A DNA stretch of 32,000 nt from Flavobacteriaceae bacterium (GTDB lineage: Bacteria > Bacteroidota > Bacteroidia > Flavobacteriales > Flavobacteriaceae), in contig OZ245049.1 of assembly GCA_965224465.1 (NCBI GenBank), positions 1,830,001 through 1,862,000 on the forward strand, given 5' to 3'. Each line of letters begins with the position of its first letter. The first letter of the stretch is position 1. A program made the translations under genes and the position numbers. This document shows positions 1 through 9,858 of the stretch, one piece after another. A model generated the notes under the pieces. That model saw only the letters and a program-made list of their open reading frames with translations. It was not told the origin of the DNA and searched no databases.

Positions 1-1197
1 CTAACATTAACCATAGATTCTGATTTACAACAATACGGCGAATTATTAATGCATAATAAGCGCGGCGGAATCGTAGCCATAGAACCTGCTACAGGTGAGA
101 TTTTAGCAATGATTACCGCACCCTCCTACGACCCTAACCTAATGGTAGGAAGAGGGCGGTCAAAAAACTCCGTATTATTATTTGGTGACACCATCAACAG
201 GCCTATGTATGACAGAGGTTTACAAGCAATGTACCCGCCAGGATCCCCCTTTAAAATAATCTCTGCGTTGGTTGCATTACAAGAAGGCGTGATTACTACA
301 GAGAGTTATGTAAAATGTTATCACGGTTACAGGTACGGTAGCAGAAGTAAAGCCTTTATGAAATGTCACTGTGGAATGGTTGGAATCCCCGTAAGACTCA
401 ATGAAGCCATCTACAGATCCTGCAATACCTATTTTTCTACTGCATATCGAAAATCTATCGAAAAATACGACACTCCTTCACTAGGTATGGATGCATGGAA
501 CAAGCATGTTACAAGTTTTGGTCTAGGTAATTATTTTGGAAACGACTTATCGGTGGGACAAAAAGGACTCATTCCTAACTCAAAATATTACAAAAAATAT
601 TATCCAAGAGGAGGATGGAGAGCTGTAACTACCATCTCAAATGCGATAGGTCAAGGAGAAATATTAACAACACCTTTACAACTAGCAAACCTTACGGCTA
701 CAGTTGCCAACAGAGGGTTTTACTACACGCCTCATATTGTAAAAAAGATTAAAGACATGAAAGTTGACAAGAAGTTTGTCACAAAAAACTTCACTTCTAT
801 AGATAAAAAATATTTTGATCCAGTTATTGAAGGCCTCTTTAATGTTTTTGAAAACCCAAGAGGAACAGCTAGAGCTTCTAAAGTCTATGGCATAGAAATT
901 TGCGGAAAAACAGGGACTTCAGAAAACTATAAGAAAATTAATGGAGTTCGAACAAAATTAACAGATCACTCCATTTTTATAGCATTTGCTCCTAAAGACA
1001 ACCCTAAAATTGCCTTAGCTGTATTTGTAGAAAATGGATATTGGGGATCTAGATGGGCAGGTCCCATTGCTAGTTTAATGATTGAAAGATATTTGACAGG
1101 AGGAACAAAAAGACCTGCTGTTGAACAAAGAATGATACTTGGAAGTCTGCAACATGAATATGAAAAACAATTAATCCACAAACAAATTGAGAAGTAG
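1..1197 (+). CDS. mrdA: Penicillin-binding protein 2 / peptidoglycan D,D-transpeptidase, C-terminal part (5' end lies upstream of the window)
   Basis: Frame 1 is open from nt 1 (LTLTIDSDLQQYGELL precedes the first Met of ORF 49..1197). The transpeptidase motifs appear in order: SxxK (GSPFK), SxN (RSCNTY), KTG (GKTGTSE). It is followed by an overlapping rodA, the canonical mrdA-rodA pair. Confidence 0.9.
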   Translation, partial: LTLTIDSDLQQYGELLMHNKRGGIVAIEPATGEILAMITAPSYDPNLMVGRGRSKNSVLLFGDTINRPMYDRGLQAMYPPGSPFKIISALVALQEGVITTESYVKCYHGYRYGSRSKAFMKCHCGMVGIPVRLNEAIYRSCNTYFSTAYRKSIEKYDTPSLGMDAWNKHVTSFGLGNYFGNDLSVGQKGLIPNSKYYKKYYPRGGWRAVTTISNAIGQGEILTTPLQLANLTATVANRGFYYTPHIVKKIKDMKVDKKFVTKNFTSIDKKYFDPVIEGLFNVFENPRGTARASKVYGIEICGKTGTSENYKKINGVRTKLTDHSIFIAFAPKDNPKIALAVFVENGYWGSRWAGPIASLMIERYLTGGTKRPAVEQRMILGSLQHEYEKQLIHKQIEK

Positions 1198-2464
1198 AAA
1201 AACAAATGTATTTTCCGGGATTGACTGGCTGTTAATTTTTATCTATCTAAGTCTCGTATTCCTAGGCTGGTTAAATATTTATTCAGTAACCATAACGGAT
1301 GAAGATTTAAGTTTACTAAATTTAACCACAGGGTATGGAAAACAAAGTCTTTGGATTTTGTTATGCTTTCCAATTATCGTAATCGTTTTAATGCTCGATG
1401 TTAAATTCTATGAAAAATTTGGAGCTATTATATACATGGTCGCATTGCTCTCTTTAATCGGTCTTTTTATTTTCGGGAAAAACATAAACGGAGCCACTTC
1501 GTGGTATGCCTTAGGTAGTTTTACGCTCCAACCTTCCGAATTTATGAAGGCAGCAACGGCATTAGCCATGGCAAAATTAGTCAGTGATAAACAATTTAAT
1601 TTAAAAAACCCCAAACAACAATTACAAGCCATTTTAATTTTGGTGTTACCTGCACTTTTAATTACTTTTCAACCAGATCCAGGATCCGCATTGGTATACA
1701 TTTCTTTCTTTCTAGTACTCTATCGTGAAGGTTTACCGATGTACTATATAAGTATAGGAGTTATAGCGATTGTTTTGTTTTTACTAACATTGACTTTTGG
1801 GTCAAGCACTACATCCATAAGCTTATTTCTTCTTTTTATTACGCTCATTATTTATTTATCTATTAAAAGGCAAAAACTTCTTAAACGAGGGTGGCCAGCA
1901 ATAACATTTGTTTACCTTTTAGCTACGCTGTATATTTTTGGTTGTAATTTAGTATTCAACCATGTATTACAGCAACGCCATAGAGATCGATTTAATATTG
2001 TATTGGGACTTACTAAAGACACCAGTAATATTGGGTATAACACAGACCAGGCTATAAAAACTATTGCTTCTGGAGGATTTGAAGGACGTGGTTTTCTACA
2101 AGGAGAACGCACCCAAGGACATTTTGTCCCTGAACAAGACACTGATTATATTTTTACCACTGTAGGAGAAGAATGGGGATTTATCGGAACCACATTTGTA
2201 ATCGTATTATTTATCATATTTTTACTCCGTATCATCACTTTAGCAGACCGTCAAAAAATGAGATTTAGTAGGATTTACGGCTATAGTATTGCTGCAATTT
2301 TCTTTTTTCATTTTGCAATTAACATAGGTATGGTTATAGGATTGCTACCAACTATAGGAATCCCTCTACCCTTTTTTAGTTATGGAGGATCTGGACTTTG
2401 GGGCTTCACATTATTACTCTTTATTTTTATACGATTGGATGCAAATCGGACGTACGAATGGTAA
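1187..2464 (+). CDS. rodA: Rod shape-determining protein RodA (FtsW/RodA/SpoVE family glycosyltransferase)
   Basis: 425-aa polytopic membrane protein with the family C-terminal signature GLLPTIGIPLPFFSYGGSG. It overlaps mrdA by 11 nt. The only in-frame start near the 5' end is TTG at 1187, so the exact start is uncertain. Confidence 0.88.
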   Translation: MRSRKTNVFSGIDWLLIFIYLSLVFLGWLNIYSVTITDEDLSLLNLTTGYGKQSLWILLCFPIIVIVLMLDVKFYEKFGAIIYMVALLSLIGLFIFGKNINGATSWYALGSFTLQPSEFMKAATALAMAKLVSDKQFNLKNPKQQLQAILILVLPALLITFQPDPGSALVYISFFLVLYREGLPMYYISIGVIAIVLFLLTLTFGSSTTSISLFLLFITLIIYLSIKRQKLLKRGWPAITFVYLLATLYIFGCNLVFNHVLQQRHRDRFNIVLGLTKDTSNIGYNTDQAIKTIASGGFEGRGFLQGERTQGHFVPEQDTDYIFTTVGEEWGFIGTTFVIVLFIIFLLRIITLADRQKMRFSRIYGYSIAAIFFFHFAINIGMVIGLLPTIGIPLPFFSYGGSGLWGFTLLLFIFIRLDANRTYEW

Positions 2465-2467
2465 ATA

Positions 2468-2628
2468 ATACCAAATACATTTTCAAGTGACGGTTTAAAT
2501 AAAATTATTTTTTGTTCTAGCTAGGCGGAAAATCTAAGGATAGCCTTTTAGCTATCGTTCTGTTTTTCAACAACGACAGCACGTAGGACAAACTATTTAT
2601 ATCGATTATTTTGGATTGTAGTTGGTAT
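2468..2628 (-). repeat. Copy A of a dispersed about 160-bp intergenic element (inverted relative to copies B, C, D)
   Basis: ATACCAAATACATTTTCAAGTGACGGTTTAAA ... GGATAGC-CTTTTA-GCTATCGTTCTGTTTTTCAAC ... TATATCGATTATTTTGGATTGTAGTTGGTAT. Its reverse complement aligns along its length with 16373-16524, 27950-28123 and 30161-30314. It lies between the convergent rodA and deoR-type genes and starts 2 nt after the rodA stop. Confidence 0.85.
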
Positions 2629-2699
2629 AAGATACTCATTGATCTTAAAATTAAGAATATTTTCTCAAAAAACTAAAAAGTGTAAGCAGCTTTTTTAGC

Positions 2700-3449
2700 T
2701 TACAACAATTTAACATCTGCCTTTAAATAATCTTTTAACGCATCGTCTGACGGGGCTAAGTCAGTAACCAAGGTTGCTATTTTGTTTAAGGGACAAACAG
2801 CATAATTTTGGCGGTCATTTAATTTTGCAGATGTCACTAAAGAAACAACTTTTTCAGAAGAAGCAATCATGGCTTTTTTCACCAAAGAAACTTCATAGCC
2901 AACCTCTGTAATTCCATGGTCAACATCTACACTACTTGCACCTAAGAAGCAGATATCAGCACGTATTTTTGACAAATCCTGAATCACATCAATCCCTACA
3001 GTAACCATCGATTTTTTTTCGATTTTCCCGCCAATAAAAATGGTTTCCACCTCTGGATGCTCTATCAATTGCATGGCAATTGGCAAACTATACGTATAAA
3101 TAGTTACGCGAATATTTTTTGGTATCAACCTAGAAAGCACCAGGTTTGTAGTTCCACCACTGATAATAATCACCATCCCATCTTTAATTAGAGACACTGC
3201 TTTATTGGCAATTATTACTTTTTTATCATGATTAAAAATTACATTTTCGTTATAGTGATATAAACGTTGTATCGTAGAAATAGCTCCACCATGGACTTTG
3301 AGAATCAATCCTTTTCGATCCAATTCATTTAAATCACGCCGAACTGTATCTTCGGACACATTCAACTCCGATGCAAGTTTTTTTGAATTAACTTTTCGAT
3401 GAATTCGAACTTTATCCAAAATAAAATTATGACGCTTATCCTTAACCAT
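2700..3449 (-). CDS. DeoR/GlpR-family transcriptional regulator
   Basis: N-terminal HTH (KKLASELNVSEDTVRRDLNELDRKGLILKVHGGA) plus a DeoR C-terminal sugar-phosphate sensor-like domain. It is divergent from the SSF-murQ-anmK operon. Confidence 0.85.
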   Translation of the reverse strand: MVKDKRHNFILDKVRIHRKVNSKKLASELNVSEDTVRRDLNELDRKGLILKVHGGAISTIQRLYHYNENVIFNHDKKVIIANKAVSLIKDGMVIIISGGTTNLVLSRLIPKNIRVTIYTYSLPIAMQLIEHPEVETIFIGGKIEKKSMVTVGIDVIQDLSKIRADICFLGASSVDVDHGITEVGYEVSLVKKAMIASSEKVVSLVTSAKLNDRQNYAVCPLNKIATLVTDLAPSDDALKDYLKADVKLL

Positions 3450-3462
3450 ACTATAGTATTAG

Positions 3463-3515
3463 TAAACAAATATAGGATATTCCTTTTTATAATTTGTTTA
3501 TTTTAAATAACAAAT
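3463..3515. promoter_or_regulatory. Candidate operator in the divergent deoR / SSF-murQ intergenic region
   Basis: A perfect 9-bp inverted repeat, TAAACAAAT (3463-3471) and ATTTGTTTA (3492-3500), separated by 20 bp. A third related half-site ATAACAAAT lies at 3507-3515. Confidence 0.35.
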
Positions 3516-3551
3516 TCAAATTTAAGTAATAATTTTACGTATATTGTGCCG

Positions 3552-3559
3552 TATATTTG
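3552..3559 (+). promoter_or_regulatory. Candidate Bacteroidota -7 promoter box (TAnnTTTG) for the SSF-murQ-anmK operon
   Basis: TATATTTG sits 48 nt upstream of the ATG at 3607. No clear -33 TTTG was seen. Confidence 0.35.
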
Positions 3560-3606
3560 CAGTATTTATGCTGTTATTGAATTAAAACAAGTAAAACAAC
3601 CAAATT

Positions 3607-5061
3607 ATGAGTCCATTTCTAGTATTTTCAGTTATTGCTTCTTATTTCGCTGTATTAATGCTTATTTCCTATCTCACTTCAAAAAACAGCAGTGATGAAT
3701 CCTACTTTACAGGCGACCGTAAATCTCCATGGGCTTTGGTAGCATTTGGTATGGTTGGAGCCGCCTTATCTGGTGTTACATTTGTATCTATCCCAGGAAT
3801 GGTGAGTAATAATTATTTTTACTACCTACAATTTGTATTTGGAAATGTAGCGGGATACCTATTTATTGTATTTGTTCTAATCCCTATATATTACAAGCTA
3901 AAATTAGTATCGATTTACAGTTATTTAAACAGTCGTTTTGGAAATAATTCTTACAAAACGGGCTCCATGTTTTTTCTAATTTCTCAATCGTTTGGATCAG
4001 CTTTACGTTTATTATTGGCAGCAAAGATTTTACAATTTGCCTTATTTGATGCCTTCCATATTCCATTTTACCTCACTGTAGGATTCATTCTAGTCTTAAT
4101 TTGGTTATACACCAACAAATCAGGAATTAAAACCATTGTTTGGACAGATACTTTGCAAACATTTTTCTTGATTTCTGCTGCAATCATAACAATTATAGTA
4201 ATTAAAAACGAATTAAACTTCACTATTAGTGACACTATAAATGCCATTTCATCACATGAGTATTTTAAAGTATTTAACTGGGATTTTAATTCAGGAAGCA
4301 ACTTTTTTAAACAATTTATTTCTGGTATCCTTATCGCTATTGCAATGATGGGGTTGGATCAGAACATGATGCAAAAAACATTGACTTGTAAAAATTTAAA
4401 AGACGCTCAAAAAAATGCCCTTTCTTTTAGTTTGATACTTGCCATCACCCAATTTCTATTCTTAGGAATGGGGATTATGCTTTATTTGTACGCCGAAGAA
4501 AACGGAATACACTTAGAAATGGAAGATGGGAAATTTATACATACAGACACCTTATTCCCTACCTTATCTCTCAATTACTTCGGTATTTTGGCGAGCATCA
4601 GTTTTATTTTAGGAATAACAGCCGCAGCATTCTCGAGTGTAGATTCGTCTTTAACTGCGTTGACCACCGCTTTTACACACGATTTCTTATCAATAGAGAG
4701 CAAAGATAGCAAGACAAAAAAACAATTAAAGAATCGTGTATTACTTGCTTTTAACATTATTGTATTTCTTATAATCATGGCCTTTTCTAGTAGTACTGGA
4801 GATGTTATATCCATCATATTTAAAGTAGCTGGATACACATACGGACCACTTTTAGGATTGTTTTTACTTGGTATATTCACAAAAATGCAAATTAAAGACA
4901 AGTTCGTACCATATATTTGTATTTTTGCACCTATTGCTACTTACCTATTAAACAATCTATTCTTAGACCTGTTTAACTTTGACCTAGGATTTATGAATAT
5001 ATTTGTAAATGCAATGATTACTATCGTATTGCTAATTTTCGCAAAAAGAACCAATGAATAA
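3607..5061 (+). CDS. Sodium:solute symporter (SSF) family transporter
   Basis: 484-aa protein with about 13 hydrophobic helices and SSF-like sequence. Its stop overlaps the murQ start by 8 nt (ATGAATAA), implying co-translation with murQ. Confidence 0.8.
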   Translation: MSPFLVFSVIASYFAVLMLISYLTSKNSSDESYFTGDRKSPWALVAFGMVGAALSGVTFVSIPGMVSNNYFYYLQFVFGNVAGYLFIVFVLIPIYYKLKLVSIYSYLNSRFGNNSYKTGSMFFLISQSFGSALRLLLAAKILQFALFDAFHIPFYLTVGFILVLIWLYTNKSGIKTIVWTDTLQTFFLISAAIITIIVIKNELNFTISDTINAISSHEYFKVFNWDFNSGSNFFKQFISGILIAIAMMGLDQNMMQKTLTCKNLKDAQKNALSFSLILAITQFLFLGMGIMLYLYAEENGIHLEMEDGKFIHTDTLFPTLSLNYFGILASISFILGITAAAFSSVDSSLTALTTAFTHDFLSIESKDSKTKKQLKNRVLLAFNIIVFLIIMAFSSSTGDVISIIFKVAGYTYGPLLGLFLLGIFTKMQIKDKFVPYICIFAPIATYLLNNLFLDLFNFDLGFMNIFVNAMITIVLLIFAKRTNE

Positions 5062-5869
5062 AAATAAACCAACTACAGAACGTACCTCCAATTACGATCA
5101 TTTAGAAAAAATGACTACGTTCGAACTATTGAGTAATATCAACAAAGAGGACAAAACCATCCCGGCAGCTATTGAAAAATTAATTCCAGAAATTGAGATT
5201 TTAGTAGATGCAATTGTTGATAAAATGAAACTAGGAGGCAGACTATTTTACATAGGAGCAGGCACCAGTGGAAGGCTCGGAGTCTTAGATGCATCTGAGT
5301 GCCCTCCTACTTTTGGAGTCCCAAACGACTGGGTTATAGGATTGATTGCTGGAGGAGATAGCGCATTGAGAATAGCTGTTGAAAACGCAGAAGACAACCC
5401 TTCACAAGCCTTTAAAGATTTGATGGAATTCTCTATCAGTAAAAAAGATGTCTTAATTGGAATTGCCGCATCTGGAACCACTCCTTATGTAATAGGAGGA
5501 CTCAAAGATGCCAATAAAAACGAGATTTTAACCGCGTGTATTACCTGTAGTTCCGAAAGTCCTTTAGCAAAGGTATCAAAACATCCCATTGAAATAATTG
5601 TTGGACCAGAATTCCTAACAGCAAGCACTAGAATGAAGGCAGGAACTGCTCAAAAGCAAGTCTTAAATATGATTTCTACCTCTGTAATGATCAAATTAGG
5701 ACGCGTACATGGAAACAAAATGATAGACATGAAATTGTCTAATACAAAACTAATTGCCCGAGGAGTAAGAATGCTAATGGAGGAATTAACCATCAACGAA
5801 CCAGAAGCCTCTAAATTACTTTTAGAACATAAAAGTGTACGAAAAGCATTAGAATTTAACAAAATATAA
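5054..5869 (+). CDS. murQ: N-acetylmuramic acid 6-phosphate etherase
   Basis: 271-aa SIS-domain protein with the MurQ-typical block GAGTSGRLGVLDASECPPTFG and a C-terminal UBA-like tail. It is adjacent to anmK. Confidence 0.9.
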   Translation: MNKNKPTTERTSNYDHLEKMTTFELLSNINKEDKTIPAAIEKLIPEIEILVDAIVDKMKLGGRLFYIGAGTSGRLGVLDASECPPTFGVPNDWVIGLIAGGDSALRIAVENAEDNPSQAFKDLMEFSISKKDVLIGIAASGTTPYVIGGLKDANKNEILTACITCSSESPLAKVSKHPIEIIVGPEFLTASTRMKAGTAQKQVLNMISTSVMIKLGRVHGNKMIDMKLSNTKLIARGVRMLMEELTINEPEASKLLLEHKSVRKALEFNKI

Positions 5870-5878
5870 GACAAAAAC

Positions 5879-6940
5879 ATGAAGAAATCTACCTATATAA
5901 TAGGCGTTATGAGTGGCACTTCTCTAGACGGAATTGACCTCGCTTATGTAAAAATAAACAAAGACACAACGTACAGTTTTGATATTCTTCATGCAATCAC
6001 CATTCCTTACAGTAAAGAATGGCAGCAGAAACTAAAAAATGCGTTTCATATTTCCGCGGAACAAATCACTAAGTTAGACACAGATTACAGTATATTCCTA
6101 AGTGATATCATTCAAAAATACATTGAAGATCAGAACATTGTAAACATCGATTTAATTGCAACACATGGGCATACGATCTTCCATAACCCTGCAGAAAATT
6201 ACACGTTACAGATTGGGAACACCCCTGCCATAATTAATAAAACAAACATCAAAACAATTTGTGATTTCCGCATCCACGACATTGCTTTAGGAGGTCAGGG
6301 AGCTCCCCTAGTTCCAATTGGAGATATGCTGTTATTTGCTGAATATACCTATTGTTTAAATATTGGTGGTTTTGCCAATATATCACATCAAGAAGGAACG
6401 CAACGATTGGCGTATGACATCTGCCCAACAAACATTGTAATGAATGAGTACATGCGGGAACTGGGGAAGGAATATGACGACAAAGGGCAACTAGCAGCTA
6501 CAGGAACTATAAATACAACATTATTAAAAGAACTAAACGCGCTTCCTTTTTATACCGATAAAAAACCAAAATCATTAGGCTACGAATTTGTAGTTGATGT
6601 TATATTCCCCATACTTAAACGCTCTCAGCTAACTACACCAGACATCCTTAGAACTTATGTAGAACACTGCGCCATTCAAATAGCCAGTAAAACTAACAAC
6701 AACAGTTCTAGCACCTTATTAATTACTGGAGGAGGTGCATTTAATACGTTTTTAATAGCGCGTATACAATACCATACAAAAACAACTATTGTTCTTCCCG
6801 ATACGAGCATTATTAATTATAAAGAAGCCCTCATTTTTGCTTTCCTAGGATATTTAAGAAACAAAAATGAAATTAACTGCTTAAAATCTGTCACTGGAGC
6901 CTCTAAAAACCACAGTGGCGGAATTATTTACACTCTCTAA
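5879..6940 (+). CDS. anmK: Anhydro-N-acetylmuramic acid kinase
   Basis: 353 aa. It has the N-terminal GVMSGTSLDGIDLA motif typical of AnmK (ASKHA fold) and the later GGGAFN motif. It starts 9 nt after murQ. Confidence 0.85.
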   Translation: MKKSTYIIGVMSGTSLDGIDLAYVKINKDTTYSFDILHAITIPYSKEWQQKLKNAFHISAEQITKLDTDYSIFLSDIIQKYIEDQNIVNIDLIATHGHTIFHNPAENYTLQIGNTPAIINKTNIKTICDFRIHDIALGGQGAPLVPIGDMLLFAEYTYCLNIGGFANISHQEGTQRLAYDICPTNIVMNEYMRELGKEYDDKGQLAATGTINTTLLKELNALPFYTDKKPKSLGYEFVVDVIFPILKRSQLTTPDILRTYVEHCAIQIASKTNNNSSSTLLITGGGAFNTFLIARIQYHTKTTIVLPDTSIINYKEALIFAFLGYLRNKNEINCLKSVTGASKNHSGGIIYTL

Positions 6941-6956
6941 TTAAACCTATCCCACA

Positions 6957-9857
6957 ATGAAGGCGATTGAACAATTAAAACAGCAATTTTCTGGAGCTAT
7001 TTACACGGATACGCTCCATACAATTATTTATGCCACAGATGCCTCTGCCTATCGCATGCTTCCAATGGCTGTAGCAATTCCAAAAACAAATGCTGATATT
7101 AAATTATTAATCAAATTTGCAAAAGAAAACAACACAACACTTATTCCAAGAGCTGCAGGAACCTCTTTAGCTGGACAATGTGTAGGTGAAGGGATTGTTG
7201 TAGATATCTCAAAGCATTTTACCAACATTTTATCCTTTGACGAACAAGCAAAAACCATCAGCGTACAACCGGGAGTTATCAGGGACGAATTAAACCTATT
7301 TTTAAAACCTTACGGATTATTTTTTGCCCCCAACACTTCTACAAGTAATCGGTGTATGATAGGCGGTATGGTCGGTAACAACTCTTCAGGAACCACCTCC
7401 ATACAATATGGAGTTACTCGTGATAAAATAGTAGCTCTTAAAACCATTTTAAGTGATGGTTCCGAAGCTATATTTAAAGACATTTCTAAAAACGAATTCA
7501 TACAAAAAACAGCAGGCACAAATTTAGAAAGTCATTTATACAAAAACGTATATGACTTGTTAAACCCTTCTGCCGTACAAAAAGAAATAAGGACAGAATT
7601 CCCTCACAAAAATATTCACAGACGCAACAATGGCTATGCCATAGATACGCTAATTGAAACCGAGTTATTCGAAAATTCAACAACGCTCTTTAACCTAGGA
7701 AAACTCTTGTGCGGTAGTGAAGGTACCTTGGCTTTTACCACAGAAATCACGTTGCTCTTAGACCCATTACCTCCTTCTGAAAACATTCTTATTGCGGCAC
7801 ATTTTACTAGTGTGAACGAAAGTTTAGAAGCGGTAGTAGTAGCTATGAAGCATAATTTATACACCTGTGAAATGATGGATAAAACCATCTTAGACTGTAC
7901 TAAAAACAATAGAGAACAAGTAAAAAATAGGTTTTTTCTAAAGGGTGATCCTGAAGCCATACTAATGCTAGAAATTTGCTGCAATACAAAAGAAGAAGCC
8001 GCAAAAAAAGCAGATGCTTTAATAGAAGAACTACAAAAATTACACTTGGGTTATGCTTTTCCAAAACTATTGGGAGATGACATCAATAAAGTCATAGAAT
8101 TACGTAAAGCAGGACTTGGACTCTTAGGAAACATAGTTGGAGACAAAAAAGCTGTTCCCTGTATTGAAGATACAGCTGTAGCACTCGAAGATTTACCAAA
8201 TTACATTGTAGAATTCACCAAAATGATGGATGATTTTGGACAAAAAGCAGTCTATTACGCCCATGCAGGTGCAGGTGAACTACACTTGAGACCTATTTTG
8301 AATCTAAAAAAGAAAGAAGACGTAGTTCTCTTTAGAGAAATCACCCATAAAACAGCACTTTTAGTTAAAAAATACAATGGATCTTTTAGCGGCGAACACG
8401 GAGACGGAATTGTACGCGCGGAATTTATACCATTGATGATTGGAGAGAAAAACTATGAAATTTTAAGGAAAATTAAATCTATTTTTGATCCAAACAACGT
8501 TTTTAATAAAGGAAAGATCGTCGATGCATTCCCTATGGATAAAAACCTACGTTATGCAGAGAACGCCCCCTCTCCTAACATTGAAACCATTCAGGATTTT
8601 ACGGATAGTTTAGGAATTCTACGCATGGCAGAAAAGTGTAATGGATCTGGTGATTGCAGGAAACTACCAAGCGCAGGAGGAACTATGTGTCCAAGCTATA
8701 GAGCCACCAGAAACGAAAAGGATACCACGCGTGCCAGGGCAAATACACTGCGTGAAGTACTGACAAATTCCACTAAAAAAAATCGTTTTGACAGTCAAGA
8801 ACTCAAAGATATATTTGACCTATGTTTGAGTTGTAAAGCTTGTGCTAGCGAATGCCCTAGTAATGTAGATGTAGCTGCGCTGAAGGCAGAATTCCTATAT
8901 CAATATTACAAAACACACGGTGTACCATTTAGAACAAATATGTTTGCGCATAATGTATTCTGGAACCGTATTGGAAGCCTTGTGCCTAGTCTTACAAATT
9001 TTATTTTAAACACTACGGCATCAAAAAAAGTAATGGGTATCGCAGTTCAAAGGAGCATTCCGGCTTTACAGAAAATAACGCTAAAAAGATGGATTTCCAA
9101 ACATGCTAAAACAACACAAAAGGACAACAGTAAGAACGTGCTCTTATTTTGTGATGAGTTTACCAATTATTACGACACTCCTGTAGGAATAGACACCATT
9201 CAACTTTTGGAAGAATTAGGCTATACAATACACTATAAAAACCACCTTGAAAGCGGACGAAGTTTTATCTCTAAAGGTCTTTTAGGCAAAGCAAAAAAAA
9301 TAGCAGATAAAAACATTCAAATTTTAAAAGCAGCTGTATCTGAAAATATGCCACTCGTAGGAATCGAACCTTCTGCAATCTTAACATTTAGGGACGAATA
9401 CTTACGCCTTTCTGACGACAAAGAAGCTGCAAAAAAAATAGCGGCACACACCTATACCATCGAAGAATTCATAGCATTAGAAATCAAAAAAGGAAACATA
9501 AAAAGCGAGCAATTTACAAGTGATTTTAAAGAAATAAAAATTCACGGTCACTGCCAACAAAAATCATTGAGCAGTGTTGGTCCTACATTCAATATGTTAA
9601 ACCTCCCAAAAAACTATAAGGTGACCATATTAAACACAGGATGCTGTGGAATGGCAGGATCTTTTGGTTACGAGAAAGAGCATTATAAATTAAGCATGCA
9701 AATAGGGGAAGATACATTATTCCCCAAAATAAGAAACACAGATAGCCAAACGCTAATTGCTGCTGCTGGAACCAGTTGTAGACACCAAATTTATGATGGG
9801 ACTAATAAACAGGCACAACACCCTGTAAGTATCTTAAAAAATGCATTACTAAATTAA
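6957..9857 (+). CDS. Fused FAD-linked oxidase / Fe-S / CCG-domain dehydrogenase (GlcD-GlcF-like fusion; YdiJ / Dld-II-like, candidate D-lactate or D-2-hydroxyacid dehydrogenase)
   Basis: 966 aa. It has an N-terminal FAD-binding PCMH-type domain (LIPRAAGTSLAGQCVG), a ferredoxin-type cluster CLSCKACASECP plus a second Cys cluster (CNGSGDCRK...MCPSY), and C-terminal cysteine-rich repeats (FCDEF..., GCCGMAGSFG). It starts 16 nt after anmK. Confidence 0.8.
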   Translation: MKAIEQLKQQFSGAIYTDTLHTIIYATDASAYRMLPMAVAIPKTNADIKLLIKFAKENNTTLIPRAAGTSLAGQCVGEGIVVDISKHFTNILSFDEQAKTISVQPGVIRDELNLFLKPYGLFFAPNTSTSNRCMIGGMVGNNSSGTTSIQYGVTRDKIVALKTILSDGSEAIFKDISKNEFIQKTAGTNLESHLYKNVYDLLNPSAVQKEIRTEFPHKNIHRRNNGYAIDTLIETELFENSTTLFNLGKLLCGSEGTLAFTTEITLLLDPLPPSENILIAAHFTSVNESLEAVVVAMKHNLYTCEMMDKTILDCTKNNREQVKNRFFLKGDPEAILMLEICCNTKEEAAKKADALIEELQKLHLGYAFPKLLGDDINKVIELRKAGLGLLGNIVGDKKAVPCIEDTAVALEDLPNYIVEFTKMMDDFGQKAVYYAHAGAGELHLRPILNLKKKEDVVLFREITHKTALLVKKYNGSFSGEHGDGIVRAEFIPLMIGEKNYEILRKIKSIFDPNNVFNKGKIVDAFPMDKNLRYAENAPSPNIETIQDFTDSLGILRMAEKCNGSGDCRKLPSAGGTMCPSYRATRNEKDTTRARANTLREVLTNSTKKNRFDSQELKDIFDLCLSCKACASECPSNVDVAALKAEFLYQYYKTHGVPFRTNMFAHNVFWNRIGSLVPSLTNFILNTTASKKVMGIAVQRSIPALQKITLKRWISKHAKTTQKDNSKNVLLFCDEFTNYYDTPVGIDTIQLLEELGYTIHYKNHLESGRSFISKGLLGKAKKIADKNIQILKAAVSENMPLVGIEPSAILTFRDEYLRLSDDKEAAKKIAAHTYTIEEFIALEIKKGNIKSEQFTSDFKEIKIHGHCQQKSLSSVGPTFNMLNLPKNYKVTILNTGCCGMAGSFGYEKEHYKLSMQIGEDTLFPKIRNTDSQTLIAAAGTSCRHQIYDGTNKQAQHPVSILKNALLN

Positions 9858-9858
9858 C

